A DNA stretch of 58,982 nucleotides, the filler included, from Jimgerdemannia flammicorona (Eukaryota): the NCBI GenBank assembly GCA_003990765.1. It is 3 parts of 3 records of this genome, joined end to end, with 100 filler letters (N's around TTAATTAATTAA, not from the genome) between each part and the next. Parts side by side here need not be neighbours in the genome. Positions count along the whole stretch, not along the records: positions 19,707 to 39,294 come from RBNJ01001901.1; positions 39,395 to 58,982 come from RBNJ01001902.1; 1 more part is not named here. The stretch is one strand, 5' to 3'. Of the stretch, positions 35,304 to 46,749 are shown piece by piece. Made by a program: the position numbers and the translations under genes. The first letter of the stretch is position 1. Each line of letters begins with the position of its first letter. The notes under the pieces are model-generated. The model worked only from the letters and a program-made list of their open reading frames with translations. It was not told the DNA's origin and did not search any database.

Positions 35304-37027
35304 CACCTTTCACTGGTAACATTCAGGTGACACAAGACTCAGGCAATACTTTTTACAACATTTTTGATAATAGATGACTATTGACATAGATAGCAATGAT
35401 CACACTGGTAAGTGTGCTGGCCAGGGGGGCAGTGGTGCCTTTGGCTGGCAGCAAGTGGGGAGGAGGGGTGATGGTTTGGGGATGCCAGGGGCTGCTATGG
35501 CTGGACAAGGTACTGGTGGTAGAGGGAGGGGCAGCCTGAGGCAATGAGGAGGGGAGAGGTCAATCTTTGCTGATAAGGTCAAGATGGGGAGAATGGCCTC
35601 TGGTCTGGATGATTGACTGGGCCTGGAGAAGATATCAATGACTACTGCTAGGGGACAGGAAGGGGTGCCCAAGGGAGTGTCTGGCAGCAGGAGAGGGGGG
35701 GGAGTAGGGGCTGGAGATGTGACTGTTGATGGGGCTGTGACTGGGGATTTGGAAAAAAATCCAGATATGATAGTGGTTGATGGTTCAGGACAGGGGGTAG
35801 GCACGAGGCCTGGGGATCTGGCAGATGGGGTGATGGGCATGGTGTTGGCACTATTACTTAAGAAATCAAGGTTGGAATTCACTATCATATTGTGTTTCAG
35901 GGGCTTGGTGGTAACTGTGAGGATGATCTTGGGGCTGGTGGTACAGAAGATGAAGGGGGCAGCCTCAGTGAAGTTTTTGAAGAAGAAAGAAGGGGTTGAG
36001 GTGGGGTTTGAGGAGGAGGAAGCATTGTTGGCTACCATGGAGAAGGAGGTTATGGTGGGAGGAGTAGTGGTCCCTATGGCTCAGTGTATGCACTGAGACC
36101 CCCAGGTGGTACAGTTGACAGTATTGGATCTTCCTATGATGTTGAGGGAGAAGACCAGAGAGTTGATTGTGGGGGTGGTCAAGAAGTATGGGAATATTAT
36201 AGACATCAGGTTTAAGATCTGAGAGGGTATGGAGCTCTGGACTAGTAATGTCGATATTTAGGTGAGGCTGGCTGGAAAAGAGAATACAGGGAAGATGAGA
36301 AATTGGCCAGTGACTCTGAAGTGGGAACTAGTAGAATATAAGATCATATAGGTAAAGGGGATGCAAGAGGAGAAGAAAGATTTACTTGAGGGTCTGGAGG
36401 ATCTGGCAAAGACAGTCAAGAGGAGGTGATTGGCATGGAAGGAGTATGAAGCTAAGACAGTGTTGGAGGTAGTTGATGGAAAGAGGACCAGAATGGACTG
36501 GGTGACCTGGGAGAAGATATAAGAGAGGAGAATCCAGAAGGAGCTGCTGGAGAAGTTGGGTGGTGGTGGGGCCAGTAGCAGTACAGGGACTGAGAGAGTG
36601 GGATTGCATAAGAGTGCCTAGGCAGAGGAAAGTGGGATGGCCCAAGGAGGGACTCAGGATGAATCAAGGGAGGAGAGACAGGGCAGTGTTGAGGTAGATA
36701 TGGAAATGAGTGGTGGAGTACACCCTCAGTATAGTGTCCTGGATGGGGCAGTGGGTGAGGAGGAATTACTAGATATACCAAATGAGGAGTGGGATGAGTT
36801 GGTGAGAAGGAGTGCTTTGGTGGACCCAGAGGTGGGGGGAGAGCAGGTTGCCCAGGGTATAGCAGAGGCAGTGGATGAGGAGAAGTGGCTGTGGAAGACT
36901 CTGGAAGGGGTGGCAGCTGAGGAGCTGGGGGGAGGGGACTTCCAGGTTATAGAAGAAAGGTACTGGGAGGAAATTCTGTATGGGGAGGAGGTCCCAAGGA
37001 AGGTTAGGAATGAGATCCTGGCAGTAC
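35304..37027 (+). mobile_element. Older LINE copy: 5' UTR and degenerate ORF1
   Basis: 5' end cacctttcactggtaacattcaggtgacacaa matches 37028; GTRPGDLADGVMGMV..AASVKFLKKKEGVEVGFEE matches the intact ORF1; CpG-depleted with stops. Confidence 0.85.
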
Positions 37028-37208
37028 CATCTTTCTCCAGTAACATTCAGGTTACACAACCCTTTGGCAACACTTTCGACACAGTTTCTGGAGAAAAGCT
37101 ACTAGTATCATGGCGACCAATGAGCATCTGGAGGTGCGTACTGGGCAGGGTGGCCCTGGAGCATTTGACTGGCAGTAAGTGGGGAGAGGCCCCAGCTTGG
37201 GGGGAAGT

Positions 37209-39140
37209 ATGAGGGGCCTGCTGGTAGGGGGCCGCAGTGGAAGAGGGGGTGGAGCTGGAGGTCAAGGGTCCGGCAGGGTGAGCTTTGCGGAGAAGGTGAA
37301 GGGGGGTCGACAGGGAGCTGGACTAGAGAGCTGGCTGAGAGGGGGGAAGGTACCGGTGGCGGATTCCAGGCAGCAACCGCTTGGAGGTGCCTCTCTGGAG
37401 GGCCATAGGAGTGGAGCTGGGGGAGTAGCGGCTGGAGTGGGGACTGCTGATGGGAGTGTGACGGGTAATCTGGAAAAAAATCTAGATGGGACTGCTGATG
37501 GTGAGCCAAGCAGTGGGAAGGGCACGAGGCCCAGGGACCTGGCGGATGGTGTAACGGGACTGGTGGTGGCTCCGTTACTCAAGAAGTCGATCTCGGCATT
37601 CGCAGTCACGCTGTGCTTCAGGGGCTTAGCAGTAATGGCAAAAATAGTATTGGGGCTTATCGCTAAGCAGGTGGCAGGAGCGGCTTCGGTGAAGTTTCTG
37701 AAGGGACTGGAGGGGGTGGAGGTGGGATTTGAGGAGGTGGAACCACTGGAGGAGGCGCTGAAGGTTGGGTTGGTGGTTGGGGAGGTGTATGTTCCGATGG
37801 CAAGGTGCTTGAAATGGGATCTGAGGGTGGTCCAACTGCTGGTGAAAGGAGTACCCATGGTGACGGCGATGGAGACAAGGAAGAGAGTAGAGGATGTCAT
37901 GGCGGAGTACGGCGAGATAGTGGATATCGGATTCAGGGTCTGGGAAGGGACCGCACTCAGGACTGGGGATGTGGATGTGAGGATTCGGCTAGCTGGGAAA
38001 GAGGCTACTGGGAAGACGAGGGACTGGCCTTCGGTGTTGGTCTGGGGGGCCTTTCTATGCAAGGTGATGCGGGTGAAAGGGAGTGAAGAAGAGGAGGAAG
38101 ATTTATTGGAAGCGCTGGAGGAGCTGGATGGGGCTGTGGAATGGCGAGCTAAGGCCTGGAAGACTTTTGAGGAGTTGATGCTTCTGGAGGTGGTGGATGG
38201 AAAGAGGATTCGAGTAGACAAGGTGCAGTGGGAAAGGGCTCAAGGGTGGAAGAGGCAGAAGGATTTGCTGGCCAAGCTGGGGGGTGGTCATCAGAAGGAT
38301 GCGAGCATGAAGACGGGTACAGAAGGGGCCGGAGCGAGTGTCTGGGCTGGTGAGAGGAGTGGGAATGAAGGGGCAGGGTCCGGAAAGGCTAAGGAGGTGG
38401 AGATTAGAGACCTATATGCTGACGGCACCTTGGAGATTTGGGACGCCAGCTGGGAGAACTCCCCCATCCCTTCCCCTCTAATCAGGCGTGGCCCGGCTTC
38501 CAGGAACAAGCCTGGGGAGGACGTGACGATGCTGGGAACCCAGCAGGTGAAATTCAGTGTTCTGGAGGTGTTGGATGGGGACCAAGTGGGGGCAGCAGGG
38601 GAGGAGGAACTGGTAGATGTCCCGGAGGTGTGGGATGAGGACGCGAGTGCGGGAGCGGACACCACGATGCTGGATGGAGGGAGGCCGGCAACCCTGGGTG
38701 GTAAGGAGGTGGGGAACCTACTTTGGATGTACTGGATGATGAATAACCTAGCGGCGGATGAGCTGGGGGAGGTGGACTTGCGTGGGATGGGTGATGAGCA
38801 CTGGATGAGAATTTTGCAGGGGGAAGGAGTGGCGATGGTGCTGAAGGCAGAAATTCTCGCGGTGTACCTGGCGGAGGAAGGGTATGAGGTGGATAAGGAG
38901 AGGGAGGCAGAGTTGGCAGTGGTCGCGGGGGAGAAGGCTGAATACTGTTGGAACAGGCATCATGGGTTGCAACTTTGGCAGGAGGCTTGCATCGAGTACC
39001 GTGAGGAGTTTGAGGAGAAGGCTGATGAGGAGATGAATGAGCTGTTGACTGGACTGGAGGCTCAGAGGGCCGAAGAGGAGGAGGTGATGGCTGAACATAA
39101 TCTGGACACAGTACGGGAGGAGAGGGGCATGGAGCAGTAG
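37209..39140 (+). CDS. LINE ORF1 protein (RRM-like core, acidic C-terminus)
   Basis: Open frame 37179-39140 with first ATG at 37209; SFAEKVK, VQLLVKGVP..YGEIVDIGF..RTGDVDVRIRL resemble L1/Tx1 ORF1; lies upstream of ORF2. Confidence 0.8.
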   Translation: MRGLLVGGRSGRGGGAGGQGSGRVSFAEKVKGGRQGAGLESWLRGGKVPVADSRQQPLGGASLEGHRSGAGGVAAGVGTADGSVTGNLEKNLDGTADGEPSSGKGTRPRDLADGVTGLVVAPLLKKSISAFAVTLCFRGLAVMAKIVLGLIAKQVAGAASVKFLKGLEGVEVGFEEVEPLEEALKVGLVVGEVYVPMARCLKWDLRVVQLLVKGVPMVTAMETRKRVEDVMAEYGEIVDIGFRVWEGTALRTGDVDVRIRLAGKEATGKTRDWPSVLVWGAFLCKVMRVKGSEEEEEDLLEALEELDGAVEWRAKAWKTFEELMLLEVVDGKRIRVDKVQWERAQGWKRQKDLLAKLGGGHQKDASMKTGTEGAGASVWAGERSGNEGAGSGKAKEVEIRDLYADGTLEIWDASWENSPIPSPLIRRGPASRNKPGEDVTMLGTQQVKFSVLEVLDGDQVGAAGEEELVDVPEVWDEDASAGADTTMLDGGRPATLGGKEVGNLLWMYWMMNNLAADELGEVDLRGMGDEHWMRILQGEGVAMVLKAEILAVYLAEEGYEVDKEREAELAVVAGEKAEYCWNRHHGLQLWQEACIEYREEFEEKADEEMNELLTGLEAQRAEEEEVMAEHNLDTVREERGMEQ

Positions 39141-39170
39141 GGATTGATCGAGAACAAACCGTATTTCATT

Positions 39171-39294
39171 ATGAACAGTATAACCAACATTTTTTCTTTG
39201 AACGTGAATGGGCTTAGGGGCGCAGCTAGACGCAGGAACATTTTTCTTTGGTTGAAGGGATTGGAGGCCGATCTCTTCCTCTTGCAGGATGTCA
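39171..39294 (+). CDS. LINE ORF2 N-terminus (APE-like endonuclease), partial
   Basis: IFSLNVNGLRGAARRRNIFLWLKGLEADLFLLQDV (EEP motifs NVNGL and D..LQ[E/D]). Confidence 0.88.
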
Positions 39295-39394
39295 NNNNNN
39301 NNNNNNNNNNNNNNNNNNNNNNNNNNNNNNNNNNNNNNTTAATTAATTAANNNNNNNNNNNNNNNNNNNNNNNNNNNNNNNNNNNNNNNNNNNN
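39295..39394. other. Assembly gap/linker
   Basis: N44-TTAATTAATTAA-N44. Confidence 0.97.
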
Positions 39395-39454
39395 AAAATC
39401 AGCGGCTGCATCGTGCAAATTAGTATTTGTTGAGGCTACCGGCTCTTAGCTCAC

Positions 39455-39658
39455 CTTTGCCATCCCCTTCTCTTCCATTGCGGGTGCATACAGACGTCTC
39501 TTCCGTTCGGATATGGTTTCCCCCTTGAGGATCGACATCGTTATGTCCATCGGGATATCCTTGAGTTCCGGATAGGGATTGAAGACATAGTTCCACAACT
39601 TAACGACAGCGTAAGCGAGGGCCAGTAAGAGAGAATAGATAATGAGATTATGATCCAT
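39455..39658 (-). CDS. First exon of a probable cytochrome P450 (remainder beyond the gap)
   Basis: MDHNLIIYSLLLALAYAVVKLWNYVFNPYPELKDIP..LKGETISERKRRLYAPAMEEKGMAK then GTGAGC donor; membrane anchor plus P.EL..IP; TATAAAAA ~45 nt upstream. Heme motif not visible. Confidence 0.6.
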
Positions 39659-40581
39659 GGCGGTTGTTCTAAGCACGTCCTTGAACGTTTGCTGCAGCCT
39701 TTTTATACCATCAAAACAATTGACCGTCGGATTATAATTATCATCTGAAACGCGACGTCGATAGAAATCCCCACGCAATCCGGTTATTCATGAGTCAGTT
39801 TCCGAAACTAGGCCGCAGCTTGCTTGAGCTTCATTACCTACTTAGGCTCGCTGCTATCACATATATGTACATAGTGCAAACAATTTTTCGAGTTGCTTTG
39901 GACCATAACATTTATAGACATCAGCTATTGGAACTGAGAGTTGGTCACCCTTTCACATGACTATTCCAGGTATAGACGCCATGTAGGACCGTCTTTTTTC
40001 CTTTGTAACTCTCGCTGTGGGAAACTATTATATGATATTGTACACGTATGTTGCAGTCATGAGTTGCTGGCTCAAGACGCAGTGGAACAAAAACACAGAA
40101 GCCAACCATTATTTACTTGTTTAGTTGCTCTCCAAAGTATACATTTGCCTTATAGCCTATTACTGCAGATGTACTCATGCGGACACTGTAAGAGAATTTA
40201 GGGAGCTTTTTGCTGAAACCCACTCGCTCGAATATTGCGAATTAGTAGTACACTTCTTTTCGGTGGTGGGCTGGGTAAGTGTATAGGCATAAAAAAAAAC
40301 ATCAGTATACATGCTTTATACCACTGTATGCATCGTGTGAATCACGCAAACTGAAATTGTTCAGCCGGAATAACCATTTTGTTTGAAAGTTACGGCACCA
40401 TGTACATATTGTACACGTTATTATATTCCCAGATTTTGACTGCCTAATACAATCAGCTCGAGGTACACACAATGTTCAACCTATCATAAGTGAATGACGT
40501 CGGAACATGTCAGAATTTTGACAGGTCACGGGCCTCTGCCATTGCTTCTCGAAAACCTGTACTGCTTGATACTACATTACA

Positions 40582-41490
40582 ATGCGATTCAGCACGCTAG
40601 CTTATTCAATTGGGGTTATCGTCCTATCGGCAACCGTCGTCTTTCCAACACCTATCACCACTGCCCCTGCGCCAAATCCTAATATTCGTCCTGGTGCGAA
40701 AGTCCTCTGCAAAGAATTCTCCACCACGTGTACCTCTGCCTGCACGTCGCGGAAAACCAAGCCCGCCAAAAACGTCTGCAAGGAGACGACCCTAGTCCTA
40801 GCGAACCCGAATCCCAAACCACCCACCTACCAGTATGCACTCAACTTGGACTGTACATGCACTGGTGGCAAGGATCTCACCTCCGACGTCCTCCGGCGCA
40901 TCGGAACACCTTCCAAGCCCACGGTGACCAAAACCATCACCAATGTTGTCCAGCACACCAAGACGGTAAAGTCCATTGAGACCATCACCGCCACCGCCGC
41001 CGCGCAACACCCATACTACATCAATTTCATGGACGTGACCCTCGGCACTGCGGGCGCCAGGCGCGCCAATTATCTCAGCATCGACCGCGACCGGAACAAC
41101 GGTCTGGCCATCTACAGTGGCGATAATCCAGCGCTGGTGACCTTCCACGCACTCTCCAAGCAGGCTTCCGTCAGCCAGACCGGATATCTAGTGCACCTAC
41201 CGTCTGGGAAGTGCCTGACAGCGAAGGCGCCCTCGATACCGGTTTCCGTTGCGGCAAAGGCCCTCTATGACGGCGGGACGGTCAGCTTGGTCATCTGCGA
41301 CAGGCACGATTCGGCGCAGACCAGCTGGGTCGTGTTTAAGCCTCAATCTCCCTTGTCCGACGCGTCCAATGTCGCGTTAAAGGTCGCTGGTGTGACGTAC
41401 GAGTTCCAAAAGCCACAGCAGCTAGGGGACACGTTAATATTGGGGGTTGGACCTGCAGCGGTGCTGATTCCTCAGTTGAGATATACGTGA
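40582..41490 (+). CDS. Secreted protein, 302 aa: signal peptide, 6-Cys domain, Thr-rich linker, ricin-B-like C-terminal region
   Basis: Intronless GC3-rich ORF; MRFSTLAYSIGVIVLSATVV; C-x6-C-x3-C-x11-C..CTC; SGKCLTA..VSLVICD..QTSW. Confidence 0.8.
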   Translation: MRFSTLAYSIGVIVLSATVVFPTPITTAPAPNPNIRPGAKVLCKEFSTTCTSACTSRKTKPAKNVCKETTLVLANPNPKPPTYQYALNLDCTCTGGKDLTSDVLRRIGTPSKPTVTKTITNVVQHTKTVKSIETITATAAAQHPYYINFMDVTLGTAGARRANYLSIDRDRNNGLAIYSGDNPALVTFHALSKQASVSQTGYLVHLPSGKCLTAKAPSIPVSVAAKALYDGGTVSLVICDRHDSAQTSWVVFKPQSPLSDASNVALKVAGVTYEFQKPQQLGDTLILGVGPAAVLIPQLRYT

Positions 41491-42024
41491 TTGGGTTATC
41501 AGGGAGATCCTATTTCACCCATGAATATACAGTCCACACAGACATGAATACTAGCCTTATAAATTATATAAATAATAAATGTTTTCAATGAAGCTTGCGC
41601 CCTGCACAAGACAGAAACTTTTTTTATTCATGTCGCACTCGAGCTTTGGTTTTCACTCCATTCACCCCAGCTGCGAGTGTGTGACAAATGTGTAAGCTCC
41701 AAGATATTGATTAAAAGGGCATAAAACATTATACATGCTAACCCAACTTTTTAATTACGATTTATAGTATTATAGCATCATTCGTCTAAGCCACCGAATA
41801 CGGGACTGCGGAGACGCAGTCATCCATCAGTTTAATATCGAAATAAAATATGTACAAGATACAAAAAACGTTATGTTTCATCCCATAACAAGAGATAAAG
41901 AAACGGAAGACACTCGTGAGAGGTCTTGACTAACCTTGATCTGAAAGAAAGAACATGAACTTTGAAAAGGCCTGTGACAAAGTGTTTATGAAAAGATCCT
42001 TCTATCAATCCCCACGTTGGGCAC

Positions 42025-42393
42025 CTAGGACGTCTTCCCCTCGTGTATTTTGTCCAAGTGGTCGCGAAGTTCGGGGATTTTGCGCCTGTTCCCGTATTGA
42101 AACCTTCTCCACATAGCATCCTCTTTGTCCCGCGTGATCTCGATGCAGATAAAGGTCGGACACCCTTTGATGGGACACATGAGCTGAACTGGTAGAATTT
42201 TGTGGTGGTAATTGTAGTGCTGTCGCATGGTCTCGTGTGGGGACTCAGCCGGTTCTAGCGCCTTCGCCTGCTCGAGCACGGCCGCTGTCTGGCTATCCTC
42301 CACCTCCACGGGCACTGTAGCCTTGCACATGTTGCACGGCACGTCGAGCGTTACGATCTTTGGGAATCCCCTCAGGTTCCCCTTGGGCGGCAT
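42025..42393 (-). CDS. Small protein with two atypical C2H2-like zinc fingers, 122 aa
   Basis: ATG-initiated ORF with coding-like codon usage; CNMC..MRQHYNYHH and CPIKGC..LRDHLDKIH. Confidence 0.65.
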   Translation of the reverse strand: MPPKGNLRGFPKIVTLDVPCNMCKATVPVEVEDSQTAAVLEQAKALEPAESPHETMRQHYNYHHKILPVQLMCPIKGCPTFICIEITRDKEDAMWRRFQYGNRRKIPELRDHLDKIHEGKTS

Positions 42394-42819
42394 GACGGTC
42401 GGGATTGGTTGACTTGGCGCGTTCGGGCGGGACGGGCGGGACGGGCGGGGTAGTGCGCGGATTTGATACGGCAGATGTAGGGACGTAGGTGGGTCTGCTG
42501 GGTATGAGTTGTTTACGTCAAGACACGGAGAATTTCAAGTGTCAGTGCCGGTGGACTCCACTCCCGTGATCAATCAATCCTGTTTTTCGAGTCTTGCCCT
42601 CACTGGCGGCAGTGTTGTTAATTAGTTACTTCTGCCAACGCATCCGACCACCGACAAACGCACGACCCTTCTACACCTCGAAGTCACACATACCAGCTGA
42701 GTCACATGACGCTTCTCTTTCGCTCAAAACTTACATTAGAGAATGTACAAGTTCTGCAAAGGACTAGGTCCCAACACTAGTGCTAATCAGCCTTTTAATG
42801 TCGATAGAAGGTAATTTGT

Positions 42820-44257
42820 TATTAGATTTTAAAATATAATATATTTTAATTTTTTTTTTCTACTTTTAAATAAAGTTTATTTACTTATTATAGTCTAAAA
42901 TGCAAATCTATCTTAGACTTAATTTGATATATTTATAAGATATATGACATATTTATATAATACTAAAATTAAGATAATTATAAGTTTATCTAATTAATAT
43001 TTTCAAAATTTTAGGTTAGTTATTTATAAATAAATTTATAGTTTAAAAATTAATTTTAAATTATATAATATATAAATATTTTATTAAATATACAATTTAA
43101 AATTATATTAATAATATATTGTAAAACTGTTAAATTTAAAAGCAAAAAGTATATTATTTATTTATTTGAATAAGAGATTACATTAATTATATATTTATAT
43201 ATTAAGTTAGAATAAAGAAAATTTTAATACTTTTATATATTTTGAACTATTTTAATCTAAGATTTATTCACTCTAAATACTGAATTATTTATATCAGTTT
43301 ATTAGCTATATAGTAGCTAAGTTATAACTTTTTTTCTTATAAGTTACTTTATAACTATAGAATTTTATAATTATAAGTTTTCTTATAAGTATAAGATTTC
43401 TAACAATTGTAAAATTCTTATATCTATAAGATTAAATAACTATTAACTATAATACTATACTAATTTAAGAATTGAATTCAGATATTATGATCAAATATCT
43501 ATTTTTTTAATTTATTTTTAATTTAGATTATATATTATACTAGATTAAAGTAAAATCTAAAAATACTGAACTTACTCTACTAAGATTCTATACTATGTCT
43601 TTTTAGAATAACTACTAAAAATATCTCATAAATATTATAAAGATCTTTAAAGAATTAATTACTATTAAAATAACTAAAAAGCTATCTAAGTAATATATAC
43701 TATCTAGTTAGCTATTATCATATTATATAATATATGTAGCAACTACTTCAAAAAGTCTTTGATACTCTCTTAGTATTAAAGAAAGAGACTTGAGATAATA
43801 TTTTTAAAATTATTTATAAAAGAAGAGAAGATATTAAGAATTTATTAGTCTTTAGTTTATTTTTAAGTTACTTAAAATTAAAAGATATATATTATTAAAG
43901 ATAATTAATCAAGATACTACTCTCTTACTACTTGGCTAATACTTTTATTCTTTAAGAAATAGCTAGACAAAGTTATAGATTTTAGTATTTTATCTACTCT
44001 CTTTATTATATTAACTAAGAATTATAATATATCTTTATTAATATTAAGAAATATTTCAAACTTATATTTAGTTAACTAATAGCTTTATTCTTATTACTTA
44101 TTAGCTATAATAAATCTTACTTGATATATATGGTTTAGTTTTAATAGTATTACTTATTATATATATATAAGTATAATAGTTTAATTATATTTAACTTAGT
44201 ATAATTTTATAATTATTTGAATTTTATACTTATTTAAATATATAGCTTATATATATA
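42820..44257. repeat. Extremely AT-rich decayed repeat sequence (class unidentifiable)
   Basis: Abrupt loss of C/G and CpG, TpA-rich, no ORFs. Confidence 0.55.
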
Positions 44258-44640
44258 TAATGCTCCCAAATGAGTCGAATCGAATTAGGGATTTTTCAAT
44301 TCGAATCAATTCAAATCAAATCAAAAGTCAAATTGAATTGAGGGTCTGATTTGAACCCTAATCTTCAAAATGTAATAACTCAGCATAAACTCATCTAAAT
44401 CTAATGTACTTTAGCTTGTTAGAATCACATTAATATAGTGAATCTAACAAGTTAAAATACGTTAAATTTGGATAAGTTTTTGTCAAGTTATTATATTTTG
44501 AAAATTAAGGTTTGAATCAAACTTCGAATCAAATTGGACCTTTGATTTGATTCAAATCGAATCAAATTGGACCCTTGATTCGATCAAATCGAATCAAGTT
44601 TGGGCCAAATTTAATTTGATTTGATTCATTGGGAGCATTA
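44258..44640. mobile_element. Foldback MITE (possibly hAT-derived) in a (TA)n site
   Basis: TIRs taatgctcccaaatgagtcgaatcgaatt / aatttgatttgattcattgggagcatta; long internal inverted repeat centred ~44433; TA runs on both sides. Confidence 0.85.
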
Positions 44641-44734
44641 TATATATATATATATATTTATAGTCACTCAGACTCTCTGATATTTATTATCAAAACTCTT
44701 CTAATCCATAATATAATATAATAATCTTATCCCT

Positions 44735-45383
44735 AACCAATCTCTCTTAAGAGATCACTCTCCTACTAGTAGTGTGATTAGTTATAGTAGTACTTGATAG
44801 TTTCTCTTTTCTTAGTACTTCTGGCAGATATTATATTTTTTGAGTATATCTCAGACTTATGTTCTGAGATGGAGTTAGTATTGAAATATCATTCATAACT
44901 TTTCTTTTATGTTTACTTATCCTTAGTGGGCTTTTTGATATTCTTTTCAGATAAGGTCTTCTTATATTTTAGCAGTTATAAGAACTTTCTTTAGAGTATA
45001 GTTCCTTACTTCTGGTTTATTAAGTTTGATAAGAAAGTATATCAATATTATTGTAAGCTTTCTCTACTTTGTAATAATAGTAATTTTATAATTTTGTAGA
45101 ATAAGGATCTAGTAGATAAGAATTTAAATAGGTTTCTTATAGTTGAATAGCTATTTGAGAATAATATGGTCAATTATCAGAGTGAATTTTTTTCTGATAA
45201 GTTAGTATTTGAACCGAATAACTATCTATATAACTGTAAGATATTTCAGTTTAATACTGCTATAATTGATTTACTACTAATTAGTAGTTTAACTTATATA
45301 AGCTATTACATAGTACTACTGATTAGATTCTTCTTGAGCTAGAACTACTCTAAGACTATCTTTAGAGATATCTATGTACATAT
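44735..45383 (-). mobile_element. Older Gypsy-2-family element (host), RNase H/integrase part
   Basis: Reverse complement aligns with 52260-52910. Confidence 0.8.
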
Positions 45384-46676
45384 TGTGACAAGTAACAGAA
45401 TTATACTACTGAAATTATAAATTAGCCATATACTATATCTAGTATACTAAGCAACCAAGACTGCTTTACTGTACCAACCTGTATATTTAGTCAGAGATAC
45501 CAGAAACAGTATATTTACCTGTACTCATCAGATATACTATATCCTCAAGGTACACTGTACCCTCAAGGTACACTGTACTCTTAAGGTATACTATACCCTT
45601 AAGATACATTATACTCTTAAGGAACACTTACTATAGTTAGCAATCTATAGTTAGCAATGTAATAATCAGTAGTAACTACAACTATATAAAATACCTCAGA
45701 GATAAGAGTGAATAAATCTCAGTCCAAAATACAAATACCAAAGAAGCTTCTAAAGATTGAGCATTGGTCCTCTTTCTACTCTAGTCTACTTTCTAATATA
45801 AAGATTGATTGGTTTGTTTGCTAGATAAGTCTAAAGTTTGCTGCCAAATTCAAGAAAGAACTTTGCTACTTTTTAAAGAGAAATCTGCTACTTAAGGAAT
45901 AAGCCACTATGTTTTTGTTTACTTACCAGATAAGCCTGAAGAATCTGAGTTATCTGTATTCCTAAAGAATCTGTTATTCTTACCACAAGCCAGTCTTCTG
46001 ATATAACTTTACAGTAATTTATTGGTATAAATGAAGTCAGTCTTTGACATAACTTGCTAAGAATCTACTGTCAGTTATTATTTTTAGAAGAACTCTACTG
46101 ATTTAGAAAGAATCCATAACCTCCAAGTTATCTAAGTTATCTAAGTTATCTATATCATCTGAGTTATTAGTTTGTTCCCAGTAAGTCTGATACAGAAGAA
46201 TCTGCACCACTCTCTATTCCCAGTAAGTCACTGAGCATAATTTCCAGTAGGCTAATTAGGAGAATCTGTGTCAAATTGAGTCATCTGTCAAATTACCAGA
46301 ATATTATACATAAGAAATCTACTGTACTATATAGAAATTATCATACAGAAATCATATAAGAAAACTGCCAAATTTTCAGACCATTATATATAAGGAACCT
46401 GCTACACTATACAGAGATTGTTATACTATATAAGATTATTATATAGAAATCACATACTTTTAGAGAATGCTTGAATCACATATAAATTGCCACTATACCC
46501 AAGAATCCATCCCAATAAGGAAATCACCAGAATTGCTTACAGATATCCAGCTTTGACTATTATACCACTAAACATCAAGAATATTTTGTTACTTTTAACA
46601 AAGTAACTAGAGCTCAAGCCAAACTATATCAAACTCTCAACTTTGTAATTGTCTCTATTGAGTCAGGTATATTACA
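45384..46676 (+). repeat. Gypsy-2 5' LTR
   Basis: TGTGAC..TTACA; aligns to 54250-55508; TATATAAAA ~45684, AATAAA ~45711; 18-bp tandem unit about x5 versus about x3 in the 3' LTR. Confidence 0.93.
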
Positions 46677-46678
46677 TT

Positions 46679-46695
46679 TGGAGGCTCAACTGAGA
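46679..46695 (+). promoter_or_regulatory. Primer-binding site of Gypsy-2, tRNA-Gln-like
   Basis: TGGAGGCTCAACTGAGA resembles the complement of eukaryotic tRNA-Gln 3' ends (TGGAGG....ACCGAG). Confidence 0.6.
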
Positions 46696-46749
46696 AGATT
46701 TCAAAATTAATATGACTTTTTAGCTCACAAGAACTTATAGCCAAACTGG

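Larger units (their letters stand above)
37028..39294 (+). mobile_element. Young LINE (L1/Tx1-like): 5' UTR, intact ORF1 and start of ORF2, cut by the gap
   Basis: Long ORF followed directly by an APE endonuclease N-terminus; CpGs retained. Confidence 0.9.

Noticed and set aside
36637..37212. 191-aa ORF
   Set aside because: Chimera of the older ORF1 C-terminus reading into the younger LINE 5' UTR
37262..38221. Long antisense ORFs over LINE ORF1 (also 35400-36038)
   Set aside because: Shadow frames caused by G-rich codon bias of the sense ORF
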